Assembly: GCA_025774845.1 (NCBI GenBank)
Contig: JALGZP010000011.1
Location: 479 to 64,478, forward strand
DNA from: a bacterium
GTDB lineage: Bacteria > Arandabacterota > Arandabacteria > Arandabacterales > Arandabacteraceae
Reading direction: 5' to 3'
Length of the DNA stretch: 64,000 bases
How positions within the stretch are numbered: the first letter of the stretch is position 1; the number at the start of each line of letters is the position of its first letter. The position numbers and the translations under genes were made by a program. The notes below the pieces were generated by a model. The model ran no database searches and was not told the DNA's origin. It saw only the letters and a program-made list of their open reading frames with translations. Of the stretch, positions 10,944-21,275 are shown piece by piece.

Positions 10944-12338
10944 ATGTTTGATAAAATCCTTATCGCCAACCGGGGAGAGATTGCTCTCCGGGTAATCCGA
11001 GCCTGCAAGGAGATGGGCGTGCGCACCGTCGCCGTCTACTCCGAGGCTGATCGCGATTCACTCCACGTCAGATTCGCCGATGAGATCGTCTGCATCGGCC
11101 CTCCCAGAGCGACCGAAAGCTATCTCAACGCCCCCAGGATAATCAGTGCCGCCGAGGTTACAGGCGCTGAGGCAATACACCCGGGATATGGTTTCCTTGC
11201 TGAGAACGCGGATTTTGCCGAGGCCTGTGAGTCATGCGGTCTTAAATTCATCGGGCCGGGGGCTGACCTCATATCCAAGATGGGGGACAAGGCCGCCGCC
11301 AGGGAAGCCATGTTGAAGGCAGGCGTCCCGGTTGTGCCCGGGAGTCTCGGGGCCGTCGACAGTGTCGAGGATGCGCTCTCCGTTGCGCGGGAGATCGGTT
11401 ATCCGGTGATGATCAAGGCATCGGGTGGTGGCGGTGGCAAAGGTATGCGTCTGGCCAGAGATGATGAGGAGCTCGGCAAGGCATTTGAAGCGGCTGCCGG
11501 CGAGGCCGAAGCGAGTTTCGGAAACCGGGAAGTCTATCTTGAAAAACTGATCCAGGCACCGAGACACATCGAGATGCAGGTGCTGTGTGATTCGATGGGG
11601 GGCTCGGTGTATCTGGGGGAGAGGGACTGTTCGGTTCAGCGGAAACACCAGAAACTGATAGAAGAGGCACCTTCCCCGGCGGTCGATGAAGAACTGAGAC
11701 TCAAACTGGGTGATGCCGCGATCCGGGGTGCCGTCTCGGTGGGTTATGAAAATGCCGGTACGGTGGAGTTTCTGATGGACTCAGACGGCAGTTTCTACTT
11801 CATCGAGATGAACACAAGGGTCCAGGTCGAGCACTGTGTGACCGAGATGATTACCGGGATCGACATCGTGCGCGAACAGATCAGGATTGCGGCCGGAGAG
11901 CCGCTTTCCGTAACCCAGAAAGACGTCACCATCACGGGTCATGCGATAGAGTGCAGGATAAACGCTGAAGATCCCGACAGGAATTTTGCCCCGTCACCGG
12001 GCACGATTGAGGCAATCAACATACCCGGCGGGCCGGGTATAAGAGTAGATACGCATGCATACGCCCAGTACGTTATCCCGGCCTTCTACGATTCGCTGAT
12101 TGCGAAACTTGTCGCCTACGGGCCGGATCGGGCCCGAGCCGTCGAGCGGATGCTGCGCGCGCTCGATGAGTTCATAGTAGAAGGCGTGCACACCACCATC
12201 CCATTTCACCGGAAGGCCGTGGAAAGCGACCTCTTCCGGTCCGGCAACTTCGACACCCGGTTCGTAGATCAACTCGCGAATCCGGAGGCCCCTCGAAATA
12301 CCGCCGAGAAGAAGGATCTGTCAGGAGTGCATACCTGA
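10944..12338 (+). CDS. accC: Acetyl-CoA carboxylase biotin carboxylase
   Basis: [47 protein letters not shown]. Confidence 0.97.
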   Translation: MFDKILIANRGEIALRVIRACKEMGVRTVAVYSEADRDSLHVRFADEIVCIGPPRATESYLNAPRIISAAEVTGAEAIHPGYGFLAENADFAEACESCGLKFIGPGADLISKMGDKAAAREAMLKAGVPVVPGSLGAVDSVEDALSVAREIGYPVMIKASGGGGGKGMRLARDDEELGKAFEAAAGEAEASFGNREVYLEKLIQAPRHIEMQVLCDSMGGSVYLGERDCSVQRKHQKLIEEAPSPAVDEELRLKLGDAAIRGAVSVGYENAGTVEFLMDSDGSFYFIEMNTRVQVEHCVTEMITGIDIVREQIRIAAGEPLSVTQKDVTITGHAIECRINAEDPDRNFAPSPGTIEAINIPGGPGIRVDTHAYAQYVIPAFYDSLIAKLVAYGPDRARAVERMLRALDEFIVEGVHTTIPFHRKAVESDLFRSGNFDTRFVDQLANPEAPRNTAEKKDLSGVHT

Positions 12339-12339
12339 A

Positions 12340-13077
12340 ATGAGGATCGAAAGCCTTTTCACACCCGGTGAGATCACCGAGTCAACAGTCAAAGGCACGA
12401 CGGTTGCGGTTATCGATGTGCTGAGGGCGGGTACGACGGCTGCCTACGCTATGTCGGGTGGATGCGAGAGGATCATCCCGGTTGCGACGGTTGAAGCGGC
12501 AACGAATCTGGCCGCCTCTCTGGATAAGACGGTTACACTCCTGGGTGGTGAGCGTGAGGGGAAGCGCATAGACGGGTTTGACCTGGGGAACTCACCCCTT
12601 GAATACACATCCGATGTTGTGAAGAAGAAGACCATCATCCTGGCAACGACCAACGGAACCAGGACCATCTCCATGGGCCAGGGCGCCAAGGAGATACTGA
12701 TAGCCTCCTTTGTTAACATGCGTACGGTTGTCGACTATGTGGCCGGTCTCGACGAAGAACTGCTTACGGTGGTCTGTGCCGGACAGGACGATAGATTCGC
12801 GCTTGAGGACGCCGTCTGTGCCGGGATGTTGATAGCGAGACTCTCCCGGGATAACGATGTTGATCTCAATGATGGGGCCCAAGCGGCCCGTCTGCTTTAC
12901 CGGCAGAACGAGGAGGCCATTCCCTCGCTGCTCAAGAACTGCGAGCATGGAAGATACCTTGAGAGCCTGGGGTTCGGCAAGGATCTCGATGTTTGCGGTA
13001 GAGTCGACAGTCTGAGGGTTCTGCCGATCGTCAAGGATGGCAGAATCAACAAGGCGAAGCGGCCAAGACGGAAATAG
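12340..13077 (+). CDS. comB: 2-phosphosulfolactate phosphatase family protein
   Basis: VIDVLRA, GGER, FDLGNSP, TTNGT, EDAVCAG. Confidence 0.88.
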   Translation: MRIESLFTPGEITESTVKGTTVAVIDVLRAGTTAAYAMSGGCERIIPVATVEAATNLAASLDKTVTLLGGEREGKRIDGFDLGNSPLEYTSDVVKKKTIILATTNGTRTISMGQGAKEILIASFVNMRTVVDYVAGLDEELLTVVCAGQDDRFALEDAVCAGMLIARLSRDNDVDLNDGAQAARLLYRQNEEAIPSLLKNCEHGRYLESLGFGKDLDVCGRVDSLRVLPIVKDGRINKAKRPRRK

Positions 13078-13123
13078 GCAGACATTCCTTCCACTTTGCG
13101 CTATACTCTCCCGGGGGTAAATC

Positions 13124-13561
13124 ATGATGGACAAGGATGCTCTACGTATAATCGATGCCAACGGCAATCGTTCGAGGGAAGCGCTGAGAGTGATAGAAGA
13201 CGTCGTCAGGTTCCGGAGCGAAGACGCCCGTTTGACCTCGAAACTGAAGAAGGAAAGACATGTTATTGCAAAGCATTGCGACCGTCTCTTAAAGCAAGAT
13301 ATGAAGGGCTTTGAGGCCAGAGACACTCACGGGGATCCGGGCCGGGACTCGATGACCCGCGGCGAGGCGGCACGGGGAGACTGGACGGACGTGCTGATCT
13401 CCAATTTCAGGAGAGCCGAGGAAAGTCTCAGGGTACTTGAAGAGGTCAGCAAACTCATCGATGTTGCTCTGAGCAGGCAGTTTAAGCGATCGAGGTTCAG
13501 GGTCTACAATCTTGAGAAGGCGTGCCTATCCGCGACGGAGGACGGGTGTGAGACCGATTGA
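13124..13561 (+). CDS. Stand-alone ThiD2-like domain (N-terminal domain of long thiamine-phosphate synthases)
   Basis: RIIDANGNRSREALRVIEDVVRF, RDTHGDPG, NFRRAEESLRVLEE, RFRVYNLEK. Confidence 0.8.
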   Translation: MMDKDALRIIDANGNRSREALRVIEDVVRFRSEDARLTSKLKKERHVIAKHCDRLLKQDMKGFEARDTHGDPGRDSMTRGEAARGDWTDVLISNFRRAEESLRVLEEVSKLIDVALSRQFKRSRFRVYNLEKACLSATEDGCETD

Positions 13562-14086
13562 CCTCTCGCTTTATGTGATTGTCGACAGCGGCGTACTGGG
13601 GCCGCTGGCATTCGAAGAGTATACCCGGGAGATCCTGGCAGGCGGAGCCACGTGCCTGCAGGTTCGGATGAAGACCCGTTGGTGACGGGGGCCGACGGGG
13701 TCCACGTGGGTGACGACGACATGGCCGTCGCCGATGCAAGAAGGATATGCGGGAGCGACATGGTGATCGGTGGATCAGCAATCGATGTCAAGGGAGCGAA
13801 GGCGATGCGTGACGCCGGTGCGGATTACCTCGGTGTCGGACCGGTCTTTGCGACACCGGTAAAGCCCTACAAGGCTGCGCTCGCGCCGGGTACGCTCCGG
13901 TCGATCCGCCGCGAAATTAGCTTGCCAATAGTGGCAATAGGTGGCATAAATGAGACGAATGCAGCCGCACCGCTTGGCGAAGGAGCCGACGGTGTAGCTG
14001 TGATTTCTGCCCTGCGTCGGTGTCAAAGCCCAAAGGAGGCGGCATCGCGGCTTAAGAAAGCCATAGACCACGCAAAGAAGAGGTGA
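13548..14086 (+). pseudogene. thiE: Thiamine-phosphate synthase disrupted by internal deletion and frameshift (or assembly artefact)
   Basis: Frame from GTG 13548 gives MRPIDLSLYVIVD...GGATCLQVRMK and stops at 13685. A second frame resumes at about 13679 with LVTGADGVHVGDDD...ADYLGVGPVFATPVK...VAIGGI...GVAVISA. The segment carrying IIND is absent. Confidence 0.75.
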
Positions 14087-14093
14087 CGAGACG

Positions 14094-16205
14094 ATGGCCA
14101 TTGGACGCAGGGAAAGTCTGAGCACGGTCTCCGGCATTGTACTGATATGCTTCAGCATTCTCACCGTTGTCGGTCTTGTGGGCGGCCCCGAAGCTCTCGG
14201 CAAGCTGAGTTTCCATCTGAAGACCAATGTCGTACCCTACATAAACCTCCTCGCCTGGCTCATACCGGTTCTGTGCGTTTACTGGGGCTGGAAGCTTATT
14301 GTGGGCGGTCCCTATCTGAGAGGTATCGCCTTCTCCGCGTTCATCCTTATGGCTTACTTCACGCTGTCCGTGTTCTGGTACGTTGCATTGCCGGCCGATG
14401 CGGCCTCAGCCGAGAATCTCGGCGGGAAACTGGGGCACCGGTGCGCCGGGTATCTTGTTGAGTTCATCGGCCCGGTTGGTAGCGGGATTGCGGTGGTGGC
14501 CGGTCTTGCGGTTCTTTTTGTCCTTGTGTCGGGCATCAGTGTACGCAGTGGAGCTTTGTGGCTTGAAGAGGGTCTTAAAGGGCTTGCGGGCCGTTTCTCC
14601 TTCGAGCCCGAGACAGCACCCAAGCGGTCAAAGCCGCGTGTGGCCAGACAGCCGGCTCCACGTCGACCTGAACCTGCGCGTGCAGAGGATGACGACAAAC
14701 CGGTGCGAGAGAAGATAATAACCCCGCCTCCACCCAAGGTGCTTTCGAGATCCACGGAACCCCAGCCATCGCTCGGGCTGCACAGTCCGGAACGGACGAC
14801 CGATGGATCGGACTACAAACGGCCGCCGCTCACGACATTTGAGGACAGCAAGTCGGATGTCGTGATGCCCGAGGAGGAGCTGAGGGACCTTGCGAAGTAT
14901 CTTGAGGATAAGCTCTCAAAGTTCGACATAGAAGCGCGCGTCGTTGAGATTCACCCGGGACCGGTGATCACGAGGTTTGAGATCGAACCCGGTGTTTCCA
15001 CAAAGGTGCACCAGGTCGTAAACCTGGCTGATGACCTCGCCCTTGCGCTTAAGGCAAGAAGCTTAAGGATCCTTGCTCCGATTCCCGGTAAGGGAACGAT
15101 AGGCATCGAAGTCCCGAACAACCATCCGAGCACAGTTGCGATCAAGGAGATACTTGCTTCCGACCGCTTCGCGGCTTCGCCGTCCAAACTTGAATTGGCT
15201 CTCGGGAAAGATGTCGCAGGAAACGCATACACGGCCGATCTTGAGGCCATGCCGCATCTCTTGATAGCCGGTGCGACCGGCTCCGGCAAGAGCGTGTGCA
15301 TAAACACCATAATCACGAGTCTCGTTTACAGGAATTCTCCACAGGACGTCCAGCTCCTTCTTATCGATCCGAAACGCCTGGAGTTAAACCAGTATGAGGG
15401 CATACCGCACCTGGTCTGCGAGGTGGTGACAGAGGCCAAGAAGGCTGTGCGGGCGCTTGGCTGGGTGGTCGAAGAGATGGACATGAGGTATCAGATTCTG
15501 GCCAAACGGGGTGTGAGGAACATCCAGTCATACGGTGAGGGTCTGCCGTATATCGTTGTCGTTATCGATGAACTTGCGGACCTTATGCTAATGGTTCCCC
15601 AGGAAATAGAGACGGCAGTGACCAAACTCGCGCAGATGGCGAGAGCTGTCGGGATCCACCTCATAGTTGCCACACAGCGTCCGTCGGTAGATGTGATCAC
15701 GGGTGTGATCAAAGCCAACTTCCCATGTCGTTTCGCGTTCAAGGTTGCATCGAAGATCGATTCGCGGACGATAATCGATGCCAACGGCGCGCAGCAGCTG
15801 CTCGGCAAAGGTGACATGTTACTCCTGCCGCCGGGGTCGTCTGAACCGATCAGGGTCCACGGTGCATTCGTCTCTTCCAAGGAGACTCAGAAGATGGTGG
15901 AGTTCCTCAAGGAGCAGTCACACCTTGCGTGTCCGGCCTTCTCGCTGGAAAGCGTGGAGCAGCGTCGTGAGGTTCCCGTGGACCAGAGGGACGAGCTCTA
16001 TGAGGATGCCGCGCGCATTGTGATAACACACCAGCAGGGATCCGTCTCATTGCTCCAGCGAAGACTCAAGGTAGGATATTCGCGTGCTGCCAGGTTGATC
16101 GACTTCCTCGAAGAGGCCGGTATCGTCGGACCGTTTGAGGGCAGCAAAGCCAGACAGGTTCTGGTCGACGAGTCGTATCTTGAGGACCTGTCGAGCAAGC
16201 ATTAG
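14094..16205 (+). CDS. ftsK: DNA translocase FtsK
   Basis: N-terminal TMs, GPVITRFE, PHLLIAGATGSGKS, IDELADLM, ATQRPSVDV, C-terminal gamma domain (SLLQRRLKVGYSRAAR). Confidence 0.96.
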   Translation: MAIGRRESLSTVSGIVLICFSILTVVGLVGGPEALGKLSFHLKTNVVPYINLLAWLIPVLCVYWGWKLIVGGPYLRGIAFSAFILMAYFTLSVFWYVALPADAASAENLGGKLGHRCAGYLVEFIGPVGSGIAVVAGLAVLFVLVSGISVRSGALWLEEGLKGLAGRFSFEPETAPKRSKPRVARQPAPRRPEPARAEDDDKPVREKIITPPPPKVLSRSTEPQPSLGLHSPERTTDGSDYKRPPLTTFEDSKSDVVMPEEELRDLAKYLEDKLSKFDIEARVVEIHPGPVITRFEIEPGVSTKVHQVVNLADDLALALKARSLRILAPIPGKGTIGIEVPNNHPSTVAIKEILASDRFAASPSKLELALGKDVAGNAYTADLEAMPHLLIAGATGSGKSVCINTIITSLVYRNSPQDVQLLLIDPKRLELNQYEGIPHLVCEVVTEAKKAVRALGWVVEEMDMRYQILAKRGVRNIQSYGEGLPYIVVVIDELADLMLMVPQEIETAVTKLAQMARAVGIHLIVATQRPSVDVITGVIKANFPCRFAFKVASKIDSRTIIDANGAQQLLGKGDMLLLPPGSSEPIRVHGAFVSSKETQKMVEFLKEQSHLACPAFSLESVEQRREVPVDQRDELYEDAARIVITHQQGSVSLLQRRLKVGYSRAARLIDFLEEAGIVGPFEGSKARQVLVDESYLEDLSSKH

Positions 16206-16213
16206 CTGGTGCC

Positions 16214-17545
16214 ATGGAGCGGGTCAGAGTCTATCTTCACCCCGTCGGATGTCCCAAGGCCAACGTCGATCTCGAGAAGGTGAGCAGGGGGCTTAAGGAC
16301 AAGGGTTTCGAAATCGCCGATCTTCCAACCGGTGCCCTGGTCGCTGTACTGTTCGGGTGTGCCTTCATCGATGATGCCAAACGTGAATCCATAGATACTA
16401 TCCTCGAGATCGGTGAGCTCAAGCGAGAGGGTGATCTTAAGTATCTCGTGGTCACAGGCTGTCTGCCCGAGAAGTACACGGAGAGCGTGACACAGTCCCT
16501 GCCTGAGGTTGATGCTTTTATCGGTAACTCTTACCTTGACTCACTTCCGGCACTAGTGAGTGATCTTTGCCGGGGAGAGCTCGGAAAGAAGCAGTGGGTA
16601 GGCGGCCCCTTCGAGTGGGGACGAAGTGAGTTGCGGTCTGTTCCCAGGTCCTCCCCATGGACCAGGACGGTAATGATCTCCGACGGTTGTGATAACGGCT
16701 GCACGTATTGCTCGATCCCACACATGAGAGGCGGCCTTAGGAGTCGAGAGGTTCCGGAGATTATAAGCGAGATCGATCTCGTGGTAGGCCAGGGTGCGAA
16801 GGAAGTGGTCCTTGCAGGTCAGGACACCGCTTCTTACGGGAAGGATACCGGGCAAAGCGATCTCCCGCGGCTCCTGGCCGAGGTGGCGGCACGCTTTCCC
16901 TCACAGTGGATAAGACTGTCGTATATCAATCCGGACAACATGGATACCGGTCTTGGTCCCGTCATAGCGTGTTACTCAAATGTATGCAACTATGTCGACC
17001 TGCCCATTCAGCACGCCTCACCGAAGATCCTGGCCGCGATGGGGAGAAGATCTGACCCTGATTGGGTCGCTTCAAGGATCGATGCCCTCAGAGAGGCTGT
17101 GCCCGATGTCGCTTTGCGCACGAGCGTGATAGTCGGTTTCCCCGGTGAAAAGGAGACCGATGTCGATCTCCTGCTCGACTTCCTGCGCAGAATCGAATTC
17201 GATCTTGCGGGGGTGTTTGCATTTTCGCCACAGGAGGGGACGCCGGCGGCCGCACTCAAGAGCCGTGTACCTGGAGACACCGCGCAGGACCGGCTGGTAG
17301 AGGTGACAGGTGTCCAGGAAGAGATCGCACGGAAGAGGATGGAGGCATTCATCGGCCGCGACCTCGATGTGCTCATCGAAGAAGTTGCGGACACCGGAGA
17401 GGCCACAGGCCGGTCTCAATACGATATGGCCGAGATCGACCGGGTGATTCGTATCTCAGACTGCACCGCCCGGCCCGGTGACATGATCACCGCAAAGATC
17501 GACGGCATCTCCGCCCCCTACGAATGGGCCGCCACCTGCAAATAG
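16214..17545 (+). CDS. rimO: Ribosomal protein S12 methylthiotransferase (MiaB/RimO family)
   Basis: GCPKANVD, CAFIDDAKRESI, CDNGCTYC radical SAM motif, IVGFPGE, GRSQYDMAEID TRAM region. Confidence 0.88.
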   Translation: MERVRVYLHPVGCPKANVDLEKVSRGLKDKGFEIADLPTGALVAVLFGCAFIDDAKRESIDTILEIGELKREGDLKYLVVTGCLPEKYTESVTQSLPEVDAFIGNSYLDSLPALVSDLCRGELGKKQWVGGPFEWGRSELRSVPRSSPWTRTVMISDGCDNGCTYCSIPHMRGGLRSREVPEIISEIDLVVGQGAKEVVLAGQDTASYGKDTGQSDLPRLLAEVAARFPSQWIRLSYINPDNMDTGLGPVIACYSNVCNYVDLPIQHASPKILAAMGRRSDPDWVASRIDALREAVPDVALRTSVIVGFPGEKETDVDLLLDFLRRIEFDLAGVFAFSPQEGTPAAALKSRVPGDTAQDRLVEVTGVQEEIARKRMEAFIGRDLDVLIEEVADTGEATGRSQYDMAEIDRVIRISDCTARPGDMITAKIDGISAPYEWAATCK

Positions 17546-17548
17546 AAG

Positions 17549-17698
17549 GGGGTCAGAGCTCGAAATTTGCGCGTTCTGAGGTAGTTGAGCTCTAACCGCA
17601 GACTGTTGCGCGGTTCTTAAGCTCTGATGCTGAGGTGGCTGCGCAAATTTCGAGCTCTGACCCCAAGGTGATTGCGCAAATTTCGAGCTCTGACCCCA
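17549..17698. repeat. REP/MITE-like cluster: three copies of a 24-bp unit
   Basis: GGGGTCAGAGCTCGAAATTTGCGC at 17549-17572; exact reverse complements at 17641-17664 and 17674-17697; lies between convergent genes. Confidence 0.9.
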
Positions 17699-17705
17699 GG
17701 TTTTG

Positions 17706-18068
17706 CTAGCAGGTGAGGTGGGCGGCGAAGGCGACTCGGGTGGGGTCGCCGTGGTCGCCCTGGCTGGCGAGCAGTTTCATGAATTCCTTACATGCCTCGC
17801 GGGTCGGTCGTTCGAGGAGTTTGATACCCAGTTCAGCCAGGCGCGTCCTGACCTCACCGGATACCTTCATCATACCGGGATCCCCGGTCCCGACCACGAG
17901 CACCTCGGGTTTGGCCTCCAGTACGTCCCCGATATCGGCGAGAAGAAGATTGTGACCTTCAAGGCGCCACCAGTCGGGGACGACCTTGCCGTTGACGATC
18001 TTAAGATCTTTCGTGTAGCTCTTGCCGTCGATGGTTATCGTACCGAAATCGTATGCTTCGATTCTCAT
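17706..18068 (-). CDS. Mth938-like domain protein
   Basis: YDFGTITIDGKSY, WWRLEGH, PEVLVVGTG, C-terminal HLTC. Confidence 0.85.
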   Translation of the reverse strand: MRIEAYDFGTITIDGKSYTKDLKIVNGKVVPDWWRLEGHNLLLADIGDVLEAKPEVLVVGTGDPGMMKVSGEVRTRLAELGIKLLERPTREACKEFMKLLASQGDHGDPTRVAFAAHLTC

Positions 18069-18099
18069 CAAATCACCTGTGAGCATTGTACTATTTCAC

Positions 18100-18128
18100 T
18101 TGACAAGATTTCAAGCCATCGCTATGGT
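18100..18128 (+). promoter_or_regulatory. Putative sigma70 promoter for the response regulator-polA operon
   Basis: TTGACA-N17-TATGGT. Confidence 0.55.
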
Positions 18129-18164
18129 GTCGGTGAACCTATCCCTTGAGAGGGGGTGATCGCC

Positions 18165-18557
18165 TTGGCAAAACTCCTCCTCGTCGAAGATGAGCCCGCC
18201 CAGCTTGACTTCTACAAGTGTCTATTAGCTGAAGACGGTCATGAGATCGAGGAAGCCAAGTGTGGCAGGGAAGCGATTGAGGTGGCAAAGCGGTTTTGCC
18301 CCTCGATCGTGGTGATGGACCTCGTGCTGCCTGACATGGATGGTGCCGAGACAATCTCGAGGCTGCTCAAGGAGTGCGGCCACCCGAAGATCATCATAAA
18401 CACGGGATACAGCTCATACAGGTTCGACTTCCGCTGCTGGGGGGCTGATGCCTTCGTAGTCAAGTCATCGGATCCCAGCGAGCTCAAGGCGAAGGTCAGG
18501 CAGGTCCTCTCGGCGGGATCTGGCCGGGAAGAGTCAGGACGCGAGTCGCGCAACTGA
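18165..18557 (+). CDS. Single-domain response regulator (REC)
   Basis: LLVEDE, VVMDLVLPDMDG, NTGY, VVKS. TTG 18165 follows a GGGGGTGA SD. Confidence 0.9.
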   Translation: MAKLLLVEDEPAQLDFYKCLLAEDGHEIEEAKCGREAIEVAKRFCPSIVVMDLVLPDMDGAETISRLLKECGHPKIIINTGYSSYRFDFRCWGADAFVVKSSDPSELKAKVRQVLSAGSGREESGRESRN

Positions 18558-18611
18558 ACGGAAAGGCGCTTTCAGAGGGAATACCTCTTTGGGAGTGCCT
18601 AGTTTTTTAGG

Positions 18612-21275
18612 GTGAAAACTATGGCAAAACTTCTACTCGTTGATGGGCCGGCGGTGGCATACAGATCGCACTACGCCCTGGCTAAGTGGGACCTCACAGG
18701 CTCGTCGGGTGAGAGTACGGCCGCGACATACGGCTACATAAGTACGCTCTTGAAGCTCTTAAAAGAGCAGAACCCGGAGTATATCTGCGTCGCCTTTGAT
18801 ACCGAGGAACCCACCTTCCGTCACGAGATGTATGAGGACTACAAGGCCGGGCGTGCCGAAATGCCTGATGAACTTGCCGGGCAGCTCGAGCAGATCGTAG
18901 ACCTGACTGAGGCAATGGGCATACGCGTGGTGGGGATCGACGGCTACGAAGCTGATGACGTGATCGGCACCCTGGCGCACATGGCCGGTGAGGCGGGTAT
19001 CAAGACAGTCATCGCCACTGGTGATAAGGACATGCTGCAGCTGGTGAACCCTGCTACCAGGGTGATCATGTTCAGCGGTTCGGGCCGCGGCACCCAGATA
19101 ATCGATGAGAAAGGCGTGATTGCAAAATACGGGATAGCCCCCGCGCTGCTACCGGATTACTTTGCCCTGATGGGTGACGCCGTCGACAATGTGCCCGGGG
19201 TACCGGGTATCGGACCAAAGACCGCCGGTGTGCTGGTCAAGGAGCACGGTGGTCTCGAGCTTATCTATGAGAATCTCGACAATATCTCCGCGAAGCGCGC
19301 ACGGACGGCGCTTTCCGAGAACAGGGAGGCCGCATTTTCGAGCAGGGATCTTGTGCGGATCGATAGAGAGGTACCCGTCGGGCTCACGCTCGAGGACTTC
19401 AAACGCGGGGTGGTACAGGAAGATGTGATAAAGACCGCGTTCATCGAGCTCGGGTTCCGGTCTTTGCTCAGACAGATTTGCGGAGAGCCGGACACAATAG
19501 AGGTGAACCCGGAGATCTGGCAGGACGGCCTCTTAGGAAGCAGCACGGGTCCGATAGGGTGCGACCGGGGTGTGGGAATAGAGGTCAATCTGGAAGGGGC
19601 CACCGCAACGACATCCCCGATCCTGGGTGTAGCGGTCTGCTGTGAGGGTGGAGGTGAGTACTACTTCCCGCTCAACCATCGCGAACCCGTAAACATCAGT
19701 GAGGAGTCTTTCCGCTCAGCCGCCGCCGGGTTGCTCTCAGACGCCGGTGCCCCGAAAGTCGTTCACGACGCAAAGAGGGTAAGGATAGCGCTTGAGCGAC
19801 TCGGGATCGAGACCGGGGGGATTGAATTCGATACACTGCTTGCCGGTTATCTTCTCAATCCCGGCAGGCGAAACATCGACGTCATAGCCATAGCTGCTGA
19901 GTACCTGGGCCAGTTCCTCGATGACGGGGTCGCGACGGGGTCCGGAAAATCGGTGGTGACACTCAAGCAGGCCTCCGAGAGATGCTGCGCGAGCGCCAAG
20001 ATCAGCCTCGACGCACGCGCGGCGATGGAGGAAGACCTTAAGACAAAAGGTCTCTGGGATCTCTTTACAGGGACGGAGATGCCGCTCACGGTGGTACTTG
20101 CCGGCATGGAAGTCAGGGGTGTTAAGATCGACAGGGCGCACCTCGACCGGATGTCCGCTGAAATCAACAAGCGACTGGCCGGAATCGAGAAGGACGCGTT
20201 CGCCCTGGCGGGACGAGAGTTCAACCTGAACTCACCCAAGGACATTTCCCAGCTCCTGTTCGATGAGATCGGGCTAAAACCACGCAGAAAGACCAAGACG
20301 GGGTTCTCGACCGATACGACGGTCCTTACCGAACTCAGCAGCGAACACGAGCTGCCGGGCAAGATCCTTGAGCACCGGCAACTCGCCAAGATCAAGTCAA
20401 CCTATGTGGATCAGCTCCTCCACTTCGCCGACCCGTCGACGGACAGGATTCACGCCAACTTCAACCAGACAGTGACGGCAACGGGCAGACTGAGCTCGAG
20501 CGATCCCAATCTTCAGAACATTCCCATAAGAAGTGATCTCGGTGCCGAGATGAGGAAGGCCTTTATACCTGGCCGTTCCGACTGGATGTTTGTGTCGGCG
20601 GACTACTCGCAAATAGAACTCCGGATACTTGCGCATCTCTCCGGTGACGAGGCGCTCACGGAGGCCTTCAGCCGGGGAGACGATATCCATACACGAACCG
20701 CGTGCTTCGTATTCAAGGTCGAACCGGAGGCGGTCACAACGGCTATGAGATCGATCGCAAAGGCCGTGAATTTCGGGATCGTCTACGGTATGGGTGTGCA
20801 GGGCCTCGCGAGGGCAGCGGGCTTAAGTCTTGAGGAGGCCGAGGGTTTCCTTGCGGAGCACAAGCGGAATTACCCCGGGGTGTATTCCTACATCGACGGG
20901 CTGCTCAAGACGGCAACCGAGAACGGTTATGTCGAGACTATCCTGGGACGGAAGCGGTTCCTTCCCAACCTCGCAAGCAGGGAACCATCACTCAAGTCCG
21001 CGGCCGAGAGGATGGCGGTCAACACGCCGGTCCAGGGATCGGCGGCGGACATAATAAAGCTGGCCATGCTCGGGGTTTGTGAAGAGATAAAAACGCGACA
21101 ACTCAAAGGCGGTATCGTGATACAGGTGCATGATGAGATCCTCATCGATTGCCCCGAGACTGAGCGGGAGCAGTTCGAGGAAATTCTTTCTGACAGGATG
21201 AGCAACGCTTATACTCTCCGGGTACCACTCAAGGTTGATGTAAACAGCGGGCGGAACTGGTATGAAGCGCACTGA
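18612..21275 (+). CDS. polA: DNA polymerase I
   Basis: 5'-3' exonuclease (EADDVIGT, GDKD, GDAVDNVPGVPGIG); polymerase motifs TGRLSS, DYSQIELR, KAVNFGIVYG, QVHDE. Confidence 0.97.
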   Translation: MKTMAKLLLVDGPAVAYRSHYALAKWDLTGSSGESTAATYGYISTLLKLLKEQNPEYICVAFDTEEPTFRHEMYEDYKAGRAEMPDELAGQLEQIVDLTEAMGIRVVGIDGYEADDVIGTLAHMAGEAGIKTVIATGDKDMLQLVNPATRVIMFSGSGRGTQIIDEKGVIAKYGIAPALLPDYFALMGDAVDNVPGVPGIGPKTAGVLVKEHGGLELIYENLDNISAKRARTALSENREAAFSSRDLVRIDREVPVGLTLEDFKRGVVQEDVIKTAFIELGFRSLLRQICGEPDTIEVNPEIWQDGLLGSSTGPIGCDRGVGIEVNLEGATATTSPILGVAVCCEGGGEYYFPLNHREPVNISEESFRSAAAGLLSDAGAPKVVHDAKRVRIALERLGIETGGIEFDTLLAGYLLNPGRRNIDVIAIAAEYLGQFLDDGVATGSGKSVVTLKQASERCCASAKISLDARAAMEEDLKTKGLWDLFTGTEMPLTVVLAGMEVRGVKIDRAHLDRMSAEINKRLAGIEKDAFALAGREFNLNSPKDISQLLFDEIGLKPRRKTKTGFSTDTTVLTELSSEHELPGKILEHRQLAKIKSTYVDQLLHFADPSTDRIHANFNQTVTATGRLSSSDPNLQNIPIRSDLGAEMRKAFIPGRSDWMFVSADYSQIELRILAHLSGDEALTEAFSRGDDIHTRTACFVFKVEPEAVTTAMRSIAKAVNFGIVYGMGVQGLARAAGLSLEEAEGFLAEHKRNYPGVYSYIDGLLKTATENGYVETILGRKRFLPNLASREPSLKSAAERMAVNTPVQGSAADIIKLAMLGVCEEIKTRQLKGGIVIQVHDEILIDCPETEREQFEEILSDRMSNAYTLRVPLKVDVNSGRNWYEAH

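Noticed and set aside
17549-17698. Possible mini-CRISPR array
   Set aside because: One copy is inverted, the two direct copies are only 9 bp apart, and there are no cas genes.
18165-18650. Response regulator and PolA both begin AKLLLV
   Set aside because: Both folds start with a hydrophobic beta-strand and the codons differ, so this is likely coincidence.
19500-20050. Degenerate 3'-5' exonuclease domain in PolA (no clear DxE motif)
   Set aside because: Loss of proofreading residues is common in bacterial Pol I and is not novel.
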